Assembly: GCF_009914755.1 (NCBI RefSeq)
Contig: NC_060926.1
Length of the DNA stretch: 64,000 bases
Origin: the human T2T-CHM13v2.0 reference genome, Homo sapiens
Strand: one strand, 5' to 3'
Shown here: positions 1 through 13,423 of the stretch, piece after piece
How positions within the stretch are numbered: position 1 is the stretch's first letter
Layout of the letters: every line of letters begins with the position of its first letter
Made by a program: the position numbers and the translations under genes
Notes under the pieces: generated by a model
Databases searched by the model: none
The model's input: only the letters and a program-made list of their open reading frames with translations
What the model was told of the DNA's origin: nothing

Positions 1-535
1 GACCCAGCCATCCCATTACTGGGTATATACCCAAAGGACTATAAATCATGCTGCTATAAAGACATATGCACACGTATGTTTATTGCGGCATTATTCACAA
101 TAGCAAAGACTTGGAACCAACCCAAATGTCCAACAATGATAGACTGGATTAAGAAAATGTGGCACATATACACCATGGAATACTATGCAGCCATAAAAAA
201 TGATGAGTTCATGTCCTTTGTAGGGACATGGATGAAATTGGAAAACATCATTCTCAGTAAACTATCGCAAGAACAAAAAACCAAACACCGCATATTCTCA
301 CTCATAGGTGGGAATTGAACAATGAGATCACATGGACACAGGAAGGGGAATATCACACTCTGGGGACAGTTGTGGGGTGGGGGGAGGGGGGAGGGATAGC
401 ATTGGGAGATATACCTAATGCTAGATGACAAGTTAGTGGGTGCAGTGCACCAGCATGGCACATGTATACATATGTAACTAACCTGCACAATGTGCACATG
501 TACCCTAAAACTTAAAGTATAATTAAAAAAAAAAA
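1..535 (+). mobile_element. Young L1 3' end (L1PA2-like): ORF2 C-terminus (stop at 318), 3' UTR and poly(A); continues left of the window
   Basis: ORF 76-318 is the canonical L1 ORF2 tail (MFIAALFTIAKTWNQPKCP...LIGGN). It is followed by the G-rich 3' UTR tract and an A-tail. The diagnostic site reads ATGACAAGTTAG (CpG-decayed GAG, not the Ta ACA) and the end reads CTTAAAGTATAAT. Confidence 0.93.
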
Positions 536-900
536 GGGGGTTCAGATTCTGGGTAGTCCCTGAACTACAAGTATCTGTACAAGAAGTACGCAAAGCCCAT
601 AGCCACATAGGAAAAGATTATTTCATTTATATAAGAAATGTTTAAAGTTGTGGGGGGGAATCAAAATTAAAAAAGAAAGTGCATGCAAGAGCTCTTTCTA
701 ACACACATAAAAAGTACATATATTTATATAATACAGGAATCAATCCTACAAATGTGTAATTGCCTGTGTATGTATACACATGCCTCCAACAGAAAAGTGG
801 GCAAAGCAGATATTTCAGAAAAAGAAATATAAATGACCGCTCAAGATAAGAATAGAAAAAATGATATCTTCTAATTCAAGAAATGCAGGTTAAAATTAGA

Positions 901-1023
901 TTTTTTTTTTTTTTTTAGTAGAGATGTGGTCTTGCTCAGGATGACTTCCTCGCTTCAAGAGATCCTCCAGCCTTGGCCTTCTAAAGTGCTGGGATTACAG
1001 GCATGTGCTACTGTGCCTGGCCC
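901..1023 (-). mobile_element. Alu monomer (FLAM-like), within an old L1M fragment
   Basis: Poly-T followed by left-arm Alu sequence ending ...aaagtgctgggattacaggcatgtg...gcctggccc; only one arm is present. Confidence 0.8.
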
Positions 1024-2039
1024 AGATTTAAATTTTTTACTAAAATTAAGAATGGCAAAGGATAGAGGGAAATAATGTCTCCACATAGCAGCTGCTTAAA
1101 ATGGGTGAATATGTAATATGTAAATACTATACCAATAAGGTTGATTTCTATGAAGTTGCTTCTTAAAAAATGCTTGAAACACTCTAGTGTCTTCTTGATC
1201 CTCAATCCAATTCTCCTTGCAGGGTCTGTGATTTTTCTTGTGGAAAATCACAAGCTCTGGCTCGCACAGCACTCCAGCCTCACATCATACCACCTTCCAT
1301 TCCACCCATTTTGTTGGATACTTTCACACTTGCCACCTTTTCTTCCAGCACTAATATGTGTCATCATCTGTGCAACTTTAAAAAAAAATCATTAAATAAC
1401 AGAATGGCCAAAATTTGGGCAGAACAGGTATACATGAGTAACGGTAATGGACGTAGCTTCTTCTGCTCCTGGTTAAGCTATTGTCAGTGACAAAGTCAGA
1501 TCGATCCTCCCGTCTCCAGCACCCATCCTACAATACACCTGCTGTAAAACAAGAGTGGGAAGGGATTTTAGAGAGACAAGCACAGTGTTCACGCACAAAC
1601 CCATTGTTTGGAGCAGCACTTCGCAGAGTATGTTGCCCCCAAATATGAGGCTTCTAAAGTGTTCCACAAGGAGAATGTTTATGAGATAAAAGTTCTGAGA
1701 AAATTTCATATCTTCTCTTTGGAAATTCACAGTAGCACATTTGACAACTTGCCTCATAACAGCCTGTTTATCTGCACTTAAAATAGTATTGTCTAACAGT
1801 ACCTAACTATGCAGACTTTTAAAATAATGCATAATGCCCCATGACAATAATGAATTAGAGGAATATGAGAAACATTGTTCTCCCCCTTCTCTGAGAACCT
1901 CTTTCAACGGCTGTAATGGCATTATAAGAGCCACTTTTGGAGTTAATAGTGAATGTGCCTGGTTTCTTGACTCATCAATTCATGCATTTACTAGGACAGC
2001 ATCACTGCGTTTTTAGAAGGTCATATTCCAGCAGAAGAG

Positions 2040-2960
2040 GAAAACATATATAAAACTAGCAATACACAATGAATGTCTGTAAAATAAGTGCATACAAGGA
2101 ATTCTAGAAGCACAGGGGAGGGAGAAATTAACTCCACTGAACTTGAAGGAGCTGGTTGAGTGAAGCAAGTGGAACAATCTTCACAATTACAGAAGAGCTC
2201 AATTATAGTTGACTTTAAGGATAGTCAAGAATGGCACAGAAGGAAAAGCCATCCCAAGCATATGAAATAGAATGTACAAAAACATAGAGAAGTATCAAGA
2301 GATGTGACCCAAGGTTGTGAGATAAAGAATTAAGAGAGAATTTGCATGGCTTCCAAAGGTACTGAAAAGAACAATCCAGGTCAAGTTGTCTAGGGAATAG
2401 TTTAGCCTCTAGACAAGTAGCTCTCAAGTTGGAATATGCATGAGAATCATCTGAATAACTTGTTAAAATACAGATTTTCTGGGTCCTAATATATAGATCC
2501 AGACTAGGTCTGGTGTAGGGCCTGAGAAATTGCATTTCCAAAGAGATGCTGATGCTCCTGGTCTGGGACCTCATTTTGAGAACTACTGCTGTATGCATTT
2601 GCAATGCTCTAAAAAATGGTACTCCAGGGGGTAAGACAGAAAGACTTGGGTTTTTGAAAGGTCACTCTTGTGGTAGATTGTGTGAAGGATGCAATAATTG
2701 TAGTAAGTAAAGAGAAGAATTTCAATGCTTTTGACAATGGTCCAAATGAGAAATAATTAGGATCTGAACTGGGTCTGTTCTTTAGTGGGGGTATAACAGA
2801 GGATATGTTTTTGATACATATGGGAGGGAATACAGCTATGGAGGCCATGATGATCATCTTGACATGACAGTGAGAGAAAGAATGAAGTGGAAAATAACCC
2901 CAGTTTTCTAGGTTCCCATGTCTGGGTGAATTCTATCACCCTTAACCAGAAGAGATAAAG
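2040..2960 (-). mobile_element. Degraded L2 fragments flanking MER5A
   Basis: L2-like purine-rich segments, e.g. ttttgaaaggtcactcttg and ggaaaataaccccagttttctagg; recognised by eye only. Confidence 0.45.
2414..2589. mobile_element. MER5A (hAT-Charlie) DNA transposon relic
   Basis: Degenerate terminal inverted repeats caagtagctctcaa / ttgagaactactg; internal gcatgagaatcatctg...cttgttaaaatacagatt and aattgcatttc motifs. Confidence 0.8.
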
Positions 2961-2968
2961 TAACTGAT

Positions 2969-3033
2969 GATATAGATAGATGGATGAATAGATAGACAGA
3001 CAGATAGATAGACAGACAGATAGATAGATAGAT

Positions 3034-3080
<47 letters not shown>

Positions 3081-3092
3081 CGTACATACATA
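2969..3092 (+). repeat. Compound (GATA)n/(GACA)n tetranucleotide microsatellite
   Basis: Directly visible; uninterrupted (GATA)11 GAT at 3034-3080, preceded by mixed GATA/GACA units. Confidence 0.97.
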
Positions 3093-3534
3093 CAAGATAA
3101 ATGGATGGCTGAATAGACAGATATTGATAGTCAGATATAATGAAGAGACACTAAAAGTTTAGCTGTGCATATTTTGAGCTTAGGGTATTTTTGGATTAAT
3201 CCCTACTTGACTGTGATATTATTTGAGTCAGTCTGTCTAGGTTTTTGGCATCAAAGGATCAAAGTATTGTGAATTACAAATTGTGTATGCTCCATGAATG
3301 ACCTGGAAAATCAGCATTAAGTTGAATAACTGGAATAATTTGAATCCTTACCTATACTACACCCATAGAAGACAGCTCTCATTATCTCTGCTAAGCCCTA
3401 ACAGAGCCTCAGATTCTTCTCCAGCCAGACCTCCAGAGGCACCCTCTGTTTAGAGCTGGTAGATAATTGAAAATCATTTGCCAAACTTGATCTATAGTCA
3501 AACTCCATTTGCCTCATAAAGTTATCCCCTGAGT

Positions 3535-3663
3535 AGTGTCTTCATATAATTTGTCATTCAATCTAGGACATTGCAAAAATGAAATGTGACACTATTAAGA
3601 ATATACTAGAACAAAAGGAATGAATCAGGGCTCTCACAAGCAAATGAGAATATAAGATCATCC
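3535..3663. mobile_element. MER94-like (hAT-Blackjack) MITE
   Basis: catataatttgtcattcaatctaggaca...cactattaagaat...gcaaatgagaatataagatcatcc follows the recalled MER94 consensus. Confidence 0.6.
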
Positions 3664-6600
3664 AACCTCTGAACACCAAGAAATTATAATTGTAACACAA
3701 TCATGTATAACGTCAGTGGTGAATTCCCTTTCTGCTCCCTATATTACAAGTTGTTTCCCTCTCTCTCCCATTCATCCTATCTCTCTACTCAACTTCACCT
3801 TTATTCTGGCAGACAAAGTACACACGCATGGATTGCTATGTAGACCATTCACAAGTAAGAATGAAAACCACTACATCTGGTAAAGACCCATCCGGCCACG
3901 TGAAATCAGCAAACAGTAATTTCTCTCTCACCACTGGAATAGTTGCTATAAGACGGACTGCAAGAGAGGACTAGAAGAACATGTGAAGAAGAGTGAGACC
4001 ACCACGCTGGTCCTCTACTTGATGATGAACGGATTGTGGGGAGGCAACTGAGGGAATCTCCCTTGATCTTTTGGGAAATATGCCCTCATCAAGACTGAAA
4101 ATCAGATGTGTCCCAGATCAAGCCAGAGAGACTACCATAAGCACAGGCAGCTGCACCATGCCAGCACGGGTCGCACAGAGCTGGCAGTTGAATGCAGACT
4201 AAAGTAGACTAGAAAAAAATATGTACTTGAAATTGAATTTTTACATGAGACTATGTTCTAAAGGTTTTCCACTGCTGAACAAGAATAAGTGCTTGTAAAG
4301 GAATTGAGATTTATGAGCAAAAAAAAAAAAAGTTTATTCCTACACACTTCTGACTCATGGCTGTGCTTTAATCCTGTGACTTTTCCCCCATTCTCATTTG
4401 GCCCTTTCCATGATTGCTTCTTACTGGGGTTAGTGTCGTTTTACCTCCTGAAAACAGGATAAGGCCTTATATTTTTTTTCACACTCTGTGCTTATTGCAA
4501 TGCCTTACAGATGGCTTGTTCCCAACATGTATCTATCTACTAAATGCATGAGAAAAAGACTATATAACAAGAGTAGAAAGTCTTCTCCAAAGTACATGTT
4601 TATACAAGAATTGATTCAAAGCCTGGGATTCATGTTTCCATTCACTGCCAGGACTTGGATAGTTGAACTGACTGAAGAGATTTTTGTCTCTCTTCCTCAC
4701 TACACTATTTATGTACACAGAACACTGCTCCTCAATAACAACATCAACAACAACGAAGATTACTTCTCCTAACTGTTCTGAAGTTGAACATATGAGTAGA
4801 TTCATTTTCCTCTAGAACCTCAAAAGCCATTATATATTTTTAAAACAAATACAATGTAGTGTTAGAGCAAGCCTTCTATATAAAGTTTGGTTAAATAGGC
4901 ATCTCCTCAGATATTTAGAATTTTGATTTATTGAGGAATACCAAAAATGTTGGTTACCATAACCATACATGAGTGCCTTCTCTGTAATCTGTTGATGAAT
5001 CAAGATCAGGTCCTCATGATTAACCAGCCAGATGAGGCTTGCTGCAAGCCAAATTGTGTTTGGCCTTAATAATAGATCATTATAATTTGGTAAAAAAAAG
5101 TCTGATAATTTAAAAGAGCTAACCATCACCAGCAAACACACAAGACCTTAGTACACAATCTTTTTTCCAAAACATCAGATTGAGAAGATGATAAATATAG
5201 AGCATAAAATACCAAATACTTTATCATGTATCTCAGATGTGTATCACATACAAACAGTCCACAGAAACAATTCACAGAAAGCATTCTTAGTGGTCAGAAT
5301 TAGTAACAGAACTTTCAAAAAATACTTTTAAAATACATTAGAAACAAAGAAATTCCAAAGAGAGTCCAAATATCAATCTATTCCAGCTGTTTTTATGTTG
5401 ATGGCTAACATCTCAATAGTAGTGAGTGGTGGGGGTTACAACTAAGATTCTGAAATCTGATTTGTATTGTCTATCAAGTCCTTCCTTTGCCTTGTGGCAC
5501 CATTCCAGACAAGTCGGTCATCTCTCATGAGTTTTCTTATTATTTAAGGATTTCTGATGTTCATTAGTGTCTTGACAATGTTAGAACGACAGGAAAGTTT
5601 TTCACAGCCTTGCAGATGAGCCCTTCTCCTGTCTTACATGTTGGCCGTTCCATACATGACTTTTATTGGACACCCAGTTTAATGAATCTTGAACTGTTAG
5701 AACAGGAAGATAAGGAAAAGTTTGGAGATAAGGGAGTCCAGGACAGTCACGTCACAGACTGCATTTAGAATTCTCATACTCAAAAGCAAGAAGCAAACTG
5801 ATCACATTATTGTAGAGTCAGCGTCTGAAGGGAAAACCAAGTTCCCTAACACTTGGAGTTTTGTTCTTTCCAAATACATTCTTGTGCCTCCTTGCATTGA
5901 TGTAAATAATATTCAAATTATGTTGGAACAGGAATATAAGTTGTTCACTCATTTTATCTGTCTAGGAGAGTAACAGACTTAGAGTCAGTTGGCCATAGCC
6001 TGGAATCTTAGACAATCATTTAAGCTTGCTGAATCTCAGTATATTCCCTTATAAAGTAGTTTATGCGTTTATAAAGTAGTTATAAAAGTGCTTAATGTTG
6101 TGAAATGGTTAGTGTATGGAAAAACCAAACATTGACTAAAATACAATAGGAAAGGCAGATTTTATTCATTTTTATATAAGGTTATTAGTTATTCTCTCTC
6201 TCTCTCCTGTCTCTCTCATCATTTCTTCCTGCCACCAAGACTATTCTCTATATTTACCCAAATCCTCTCTTCAGTCAGGATCCAAAACTGCATTAGTGCC
6301 ATAAATGTTTTTTTACCTTTATAGTTTAAATTACAGGTTGTAAGTTAAGTCCTGCAATTTATCCAGTCAAAATTTTCTTTGATAACTTCCTTCACACCTC
6401 CTCCATTAGTTCAATGGTGGTGACCATTTAATACCAGCAGCCGAGTGCAAAGGGATTAAGGTAAAAAATTTGGATAAATATGTCAAAATAGATCATTAAA
6501 CAGATGTGAATCCAGAGTTAGAGTACAACCCAGAGATGACCAGACAGATAGAATGATGGACTCATGAAGTGGCGGGGCAGGAGGGTAAATGGGAGGGTCA

Positions 6601-7549
6601 CCGGCTGAATTCCAGAGAAAGAGAGCGCATTGCAAGTATGGATAACCTCCACTTAAATGGCCAAGGCCAAAGCTGAGCAAATGGAAAATTTTTTAAGGTA
6701 GGAGCTCTGTGTATCTTGTTAACCTTGCCCACAGTATGTATTCACAAAGGTAAGTTGAGCTAAATATGAGAACTACTTGGTATATTGGATTCATGAGAGC
6801 TCTGCTTTCTAAGCTGCTACTGCCTTTTTTCCATTCCTTTATTCATGCATTCAATAAGCATTCATTATGTTGTTCCAGCATATCATTTGAAGGACTAAAA
6901 ATAGTGGGGGTGAAACATGAGGCAACAGAGATTCCTTTCTTCCTAACCTTATTTTTAAGGGATTTATTACATTTCTGTTTCTAATTTTTATGCATGCCTT
7001 GAGTTGTCAAAAAAGATGATCTTGCGGTTGCCTGTGGACATGCCCTGCTGGCTTATTTATAAGGATAGGATTCCAGGTATGAGGTGCAGTGAGAACCACA
7101 AAATCTAGGGACAGAGAAACTTATGCTGTAGCCCCCAAGTCCTAGGACAATCTAGGACAAATCCTAGCTGACTTACCATTTCAAAAGTGTAGCCTCCTGA
7201 AGCCTTATTGACATGATGAAATACATCTGGAGTTGTCATGTTTTCTGAGCCCCTGGGGAGAAATGTGTGGGAAAAAGCATAATGCAGGACATTCTCCCAG
7301 AAACTAATGTGTACTTCAGTAGTTGAAGACATAGACACCTGTGGTATTTTTCTTTTTCTTGAAGAGCATTTGTTGACCCCTGCCCATAGGACTTAGCTCT
7401 TCAACGGACTTGAATGATTCCCTCCCAATCCCATGGCTGTTTTCTTTTTTAAAAGAACAACATAAACTTCAATTTCTGGTAGATGATTGCATTCTGTAGT
7501 GATCTCATGCTCACCTAAACTCTTAGAGATTTTCTTTTATTTTTCAAAA

Positions 7550-7720
7550 TGACAGTAATGTCTATTGAATGCTGGCTATGAGGTATTTTATTTTATATTC
7601 TACATGCGTTAACTGTTCTCATCCTTATAACCACTCTATGAGGTAGATATCACTATTATCTTTATTTTGCAAATGGGGAAACTGGCTCCAGACCCAACAC
7701 TGTCGGCCACTACATGCTTC
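7550..7720 (-). mobile_element. MIR
   Basis: MIR core: atccttataaccactctatgaggtagatatcactattatctttattttgcaaatggggaaactg. Confidence 0.75.
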
Positions 7721-8363
7721 ACTCCCTCTTGCTGGAAAAAAAAATTAAGAAAAACCCTACTAATGTGCAGACCAAATACTCCTCGTGTTAATAATATAAA
7801 CAATTGCCTTTCATTTTGGGGAACTGTTTTTTTTTTCTATTTGTATATGGTCAGGTCACAAATTCACCCATGAAACATTTAGCATTTAAAAGAAAATGTA
7901 GCTTTGTTTATTTCATATAATTTACCCTACCTTTTTCACAAGTCCCCATTCACTGAATAATAAAAACAGTCATACTTGCCAATAGGTACTATCTCAATCT
8001 TCTAGCATAACCAGTCTTTCCAATTCTGTTCAGTCTAAAGCAGTCTTATTTGTCTCTATCTTCTTTTCCTGTCTTTTCCAGATAATGTTGGCTCTGTGGG
8101 GGAGGTGGGTCTGACATTACATGCAGTGGAGAATGGGAGGTAGAAATGACTCCTGTTCCCTTCAGCCTTCTCTGGAGCCTTACTGGTGGGTGATGTGCAG
8201 TAGCTTAGTCTAGTTTGCTCTCTTGAATGGTAAACACTTCGGGGTAACTGCTCTGAGCTGGCCTTAAAGTTTGTTTGTTTGGGCTTCCAATGCTAGATTC
8301 TGTGGTCTTGGCCAATTGATTTTCCGCTTGCAAATTCCCACAAATTGAACCTTCTTTGTCCTG

Positions 8364-8452
8364 AGCCTCACTTCCTAGGCTTCTAGGAAGCCTCACTTCC
8401 TAGAAACCTAGAGCTTCTTGAAAGCCTCACTTCCTAGAAACCTAGAGCTTCT
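8364..8452 (+). repeat. Short tandem duplication, 34-bp period
   Basis: aagcctcacttcctagaaacctagagcttct at 8388-8418 and 8422-8452, with a partial third copy at 8364. Confidence 0.9.
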
Positions 8453-10149
8453 CTCTAGCTTTCTGCACTTCCCCACTGAGCAATCACTACATTTTAAATT
8501 CCATGATTTTCCTGCATACGCCATGGAAAAGTCAGCAGCCCCATCTCAGCCTGATAGTCAATCATCTCCTGCTGCTAACCCTGCATTAATATTTCCATGC
8601 CATGCTGCACATGGCCATGTGAGGGCTTCTCACAAGGCATTAATTAGTGTGTAGTTTTATAATCTGAACTTTATGCCCTACTTCTGTCCCACTTACAATA
8701 TCCCTAAGAAAGGGAGTGAACTTTCTCCCTTTGCCTCCTGTCTGATTGACTTTTCTATGGTACATAGGGTTCAGAGAGAGAAAACAGCATACCCTCAGGG
8801 AACATAAATTGGGAGATATTTTGAATGCAAAACTGAAATCACAGTACAGCACATACCCTCTCTAGCACTCATCATTATAATGGATTATACTTCCTGGAAT
8901 TCACTGAGCACAGAATCAGGACACGGATTTATTGCATAGGATTTGTGAAGTGATCCCATTATTCGGAATTCAAGATAGGAAGTATTTTAGGCTTTTCTTT
9001 TAGTCATTTCCTTTAACTTCATCACTAGAATTCCATATCAGCAATGTTAATTCTACACTAAAAAGTTCAGCATAGAGCTGATCATACTGTGTAGACGTGA
9101 TCCTTAATTTAAAATGTAGGCTTGGATAGCCTTTGTGGAAAAAATAAGAGCAACAAGGATAAAACAAATTACCTATGACCCAAGAAAATATTTCCTGGCA
9201 AAAAAAAAATTTTTAAAAAGGGAGGGATTGTAAAATTTCCAAAAGATGCCTTTGAGACAGTTATCTAGTCTAATCTGGGCTAAGAATGACGCAAAGGAAA
9301 TTGTGGGTAGAAGTAAGGAAATTGTGCTCCCTATGCAAAACTTGTGATGGAAAACCTCAAGGACCCAATTACCATGATATAACGGTATTGCCACAAATAG
9401 CATAGGCCAGGCATAACAGTTTTGGTAGTGATGTATAGTATCTGACCATCACCAATGACATGCATTAAATAGTGAAAGGATACCAATAAAGTTTTTTACA
9501 GCTGCAGGCCAACATAAATTTTTAACTCTGCTAAACTTTTTTCTAAAAATAAAGCAAAATATACATTTTAAAAAAAACCTCAATGCACTCCATAATTTTG
9601 GTTAGCTGTCAATTTCAAATATAATTTTTGCTCAAAATATGTCCCTATTCTCACTCTTAATTTAAGTCTAATGCTCCAACCTGTAATTCCTCAGTGACCT
9701 CTTTACCTTAAAACTGTGTCTTCTCTTCCAGTCAGCCCTCACACCTGGTTTCACTAAATGTTGAAAGAGGCGCATCCAGCTATGCATGAGCATTAGTAAA
9801 TTAGTCCGTTGTTTGAGGGATCATTGAGCAATAACTATTTTAAATACTGTATTCAGCAGAAGTTGGTTGCTAGTAGCAGCCTGCTATCAGTGAAATTCAC
9901 CTTTAGTTGAGCTTTCATCTGGAAATTCACAGATGTCTACATTGCTTTGGAAGCTGCAGGACTGAAAAAGTGGTTCTGAAAGGTAGAGAAACTTCTTTTC
10001 TTATTCATATTGAAGCAAAGTTGATTAAAAGGGGCCAAATGAGCACAGAAAAAGTAATCTAGGAATATGCTTCAAATACAATAAAAATTCCACCCAAAAT
10101 TTGTTTACATAATTATGCCTTCCATTGTGTTCACTATTTATTAGGGAGG

Positions 10150-10456
10150 AGGGTATGGGGATGTGGGAGATTAGTTCTAGGACCTTCTGCAGATACCAAA
10201 ATCTGAGGATGCTCAAATCCCTTCTATAAAATGGTGTAGTATTTGCATAAGCCTGCACACATCCTCCCATATACTTTAAAACATCTCTAGTTACTGACAA
10301 TACTTAATATAATGTTAATGCTATATAAATAATTATACTGATTTTCAAATTTTGCATTATTCACTATCATTATTTTAGAATATTGTCTGTCTTTTGTTAG
10401 AATATTGTCTTGTTGAATCCCCAGATGTGGAACATACAAATAGGAAGGGCTGACTG
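10150..10456 (+). mobile_element. MER2 (TcMar-Tigger) DNA transposon
   Basis: gataccaaaatctgaggatgctcaaatcccttctataaaatggtgtagtatttgcata... and terminal gaagggctgactg match MER2. Confidence 0.88.
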
Positions 10457-10514
10457 TGCCTCATTTAAAAATTATTGGATTAATCCAAGACAGGAACATC
10501 TCCATCGTTACTTT

Positions 10515-11560
10515 TGATGGCAGCAGCAGCCCATCTAGAGTGGCTGCTGCCACAATGCTGGCTGCAGTGGGGAGACTTCCTGAGCCTCCCACTCCACAGA
10601 ACAGGCAGGAACCTCATCCTCCCCAAGTGCCACTGCACCTGCCCTGCCATGGCTCCAGAACTGAGTGTCCCTGTGCTCCTGGGGCCCTGGAAAGGCTCCC
10701 CTTCCCCCAACAGGCTCGGAAGTGCCTGCTCCTGCTGCCTGACCTCTCCCTGCTACCAGTGCCCACTCCTGTCATGGAGCAAAGTTGGGCTGAGCCTGGG
10801 TGCCATCACAGCCTGGCTGGGTGTGCATACAATCAGGGAAGGGCTGACACACCAGCCCCCTGCTGCCTCGGCCCCCTTTGGACTTTGGGCACAATGAGCA
10901 TGGGAGGAAAGCTGAGGAGGTCCTGATGGCAGCTTGGCACTGGTCTGCAGGTGCCCCTTGGTATGAACAGCTTAGGCACCATGAATGGCAAGGCTGAGAG
11001 GAAAACAGGCTCCTGGGCAGAAACAGGCAGGTCCCCAGTGAAGCCCCACTTTCAGGCAGGGGAATTCCTGAAGCCTGGCAGCCAGGCTGCCAGTCCTGCC
11101 AGCTGGAGGGGGGAGCTCATGATACTTTTTCCTGAGCCCATCCATGGTGGCTCATGGACCAATCAGCAAGCACTCCTTCCATCTGAAGACCATAAAAATT
11201 CCAGACTCAGACAGAGCAGAGGAGACATCAGGACAACCAGCTGCAGAGAGGAGCTACCCTCTCCAGGGCCTCCTCTCTGCTGAGAGCTGCAGACTATGGG
11301 ACAACCAGCTGCAGAGAGGAGCTACCCCCTCTGCTGAGAGCTGAATGCTGGATGGGACGACTTGCCTACAGAGAGGAGCTGCCCAGTGCAGGTCTCCTCT
11401 GAGCTGTTCTAACACTCAATAAAGCTCTTCTTCATCTTACTCACCCTCCACTTGTGTGTGTACCTCATCCTTCCTGGGTGCAGGACATGAACTTGGGCAA
11501 AGGCACCACAGGCCACAGAGGTTTCCAGACAGAAAAGCAACACTCCAAAGATTCCTAAGA
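10515..11560 (+). mobile_element. MER52-family (ERV1) solo LTR
   Basis: Starts TGATGGCAGCAGCAGCCCATCTAGAGTGGCTGCTG; GC-rich; internal repeats of caaccagctgcagagaggagctaccc; AATAAA at 11418; 4-bp TSD CTTT (10511-10514 and 11561-11564). Confidence 0.88.
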
Positions 11561-11988
11561 CTTTTACGTCTGGCCTATGCCTGTATGTAGCAATACCCTT
11601 AAATCATATTGGTCCGTTTTAGTTAAACAAGACTGAAAATTGATGTGATTCATCCCACACTGCTCCTTCTTGTTTTTTTTTTTTTTTTTTCCATAAAATT
11701 TTCCCTCCAGGCAACCATTCTTCTGACTTCTCATGTTTTCCATTTCTTAGGATTTTTTCTTTACCCAAGAAGATTATTTAGAATTATGTTTTTAAATTTC
11801 CAAATAGTTGGGGATTTTCTAGTTATCTTTTTCTTACTGATATCTAATCTAGTTTCATTTGTCCCAGAACACAAATCTGCAAGTTTTTAATTCTTGGAAA
11901 TTTACTTAGACGTGCTCTAGGATTCAGTATATGTTTACTTTGGTGAATGTTCCATCTGAATATGAAGTGTTAAATTAATGTCAATTAG

Positions 11989-12315
<327 letters not shown>

Positions 12316-13298
12316 TAGCAATGACTAAGATAAAATCAGTCCAGGTAGGACTGTAGATTTGTGTATTTCTCCTTTAGTTCTGTCAAATATTGATTATTTT
12401 TTATGAATATGTGTTATTAGGTACATCTACAGTGAGAATTTTTAAATAGTCATGGTGAATTTCCCTTTTATCATTATAAAAGTTACCTATTTATGATAAT
12501 TTTTCTTGTCTTAGAGTCTATTTTGGTTGATACTAAAATAGATTCTGGATATTTCTTACAATTAGTGTTTGCATTTTACATCTTTTAAAAATATTTTTAA
12601 TTTTTGCGGGTACATAATAGGTGTATATATTTATAGTGTACATGAGGTATTTTGGTACAGACTGCATGTCATATCTTTTTCTATAATTTTACATTTGATG
12701 TAAATGTTTTTATATTTCAAATGTCTCTGTTATACAGAGCATATAGTTGGGTATATTTTAATCCACTCCCTAAATCTCTGCCTTGTAATTGGAGTGCTTA
12801 GTTCATTTACACCTAATGTGTTTACCTGTACAGTTGAGTTTAAATTTACCATTTTACATTTGGTTACTACCTTTCACACTTATTCTGTGCTCCTTTCTTC
12901 CTTTCCTCCTTTTTGTTAGATTAGTCATGTATTTTTCATTGGCTTTTTATTATTGGCTTTTTAGCTTTACTGTTTTTTGCTCATTTTAACAGTTTTCTAG
13001 AATAAACATTACAGCATACATTTTAAGTTAATGCATTCCACCTTAAATATAAAAACTTTAGAATAATGTCTTTTCCTTTGCTCCTCTCATTCCTTCTGTT
13101 ATCACCATCATATATTATACTTCTATATCTTTTTAAAAGTCCACAGCACTTTGTTATTATTTTACCTTTAGACAATCGATGGTCTCTCTTGAAATTTTAC
13201 TACTTTACAACCTATTCACCATTTCCAGTGCTCTGCATTTCTCCTGGAGATCCACGTTCTCCTATGGTGCTATTCTGATCATCTTTCATGAGCATTTC

Positions 13299-13423
13299 TT
13301 CTAATGCAGATCAGCTGACAAGAAATTCTCTTAATTTTTGCCAATCTAAAAGAGTTTCTATTCTAATGCAGAACAGCTGACAAGAAATGCTCTTAATTTT
13401 TGCTAATCTAAAACAGTTTCTAT
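13299..13423 (+). repeat. Tandem duplication, 62-bp period, 2 copies
   Basis: ttctaatgcaga(t/a)cagctgacaagaaat(t/g)ctcttaatttttg... starts at 13299 and 13361. Confidence 0.92.

Noticed and set aside
415-445. L1HS-Ta (active subfamily) assignment
   Set aside because: The diagnostic trinucleotide is AAG (decayed GAG), not ACA, and the terminal site is TTAAAG rather than TTAGAG.
1440-1545. Minus-strand acceptor-like site (cttgttttacagcag) before a CpG-containing stretch
   Set aside because: No good matching donor and no recognisable peptide; insufficient support for an exon.
3690-4380. Possible ancient LTR relic
   Set aside because: It has LTR-like texture, but I could not fix termini, TSD or family from the sequence alone.
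10456-11344. Overlapping ORFs of 66-156 aa
   Set aside because: They lie almost entirely in the GC-rich, stop-poor MER52 LTR and show no protein-family resemblance.
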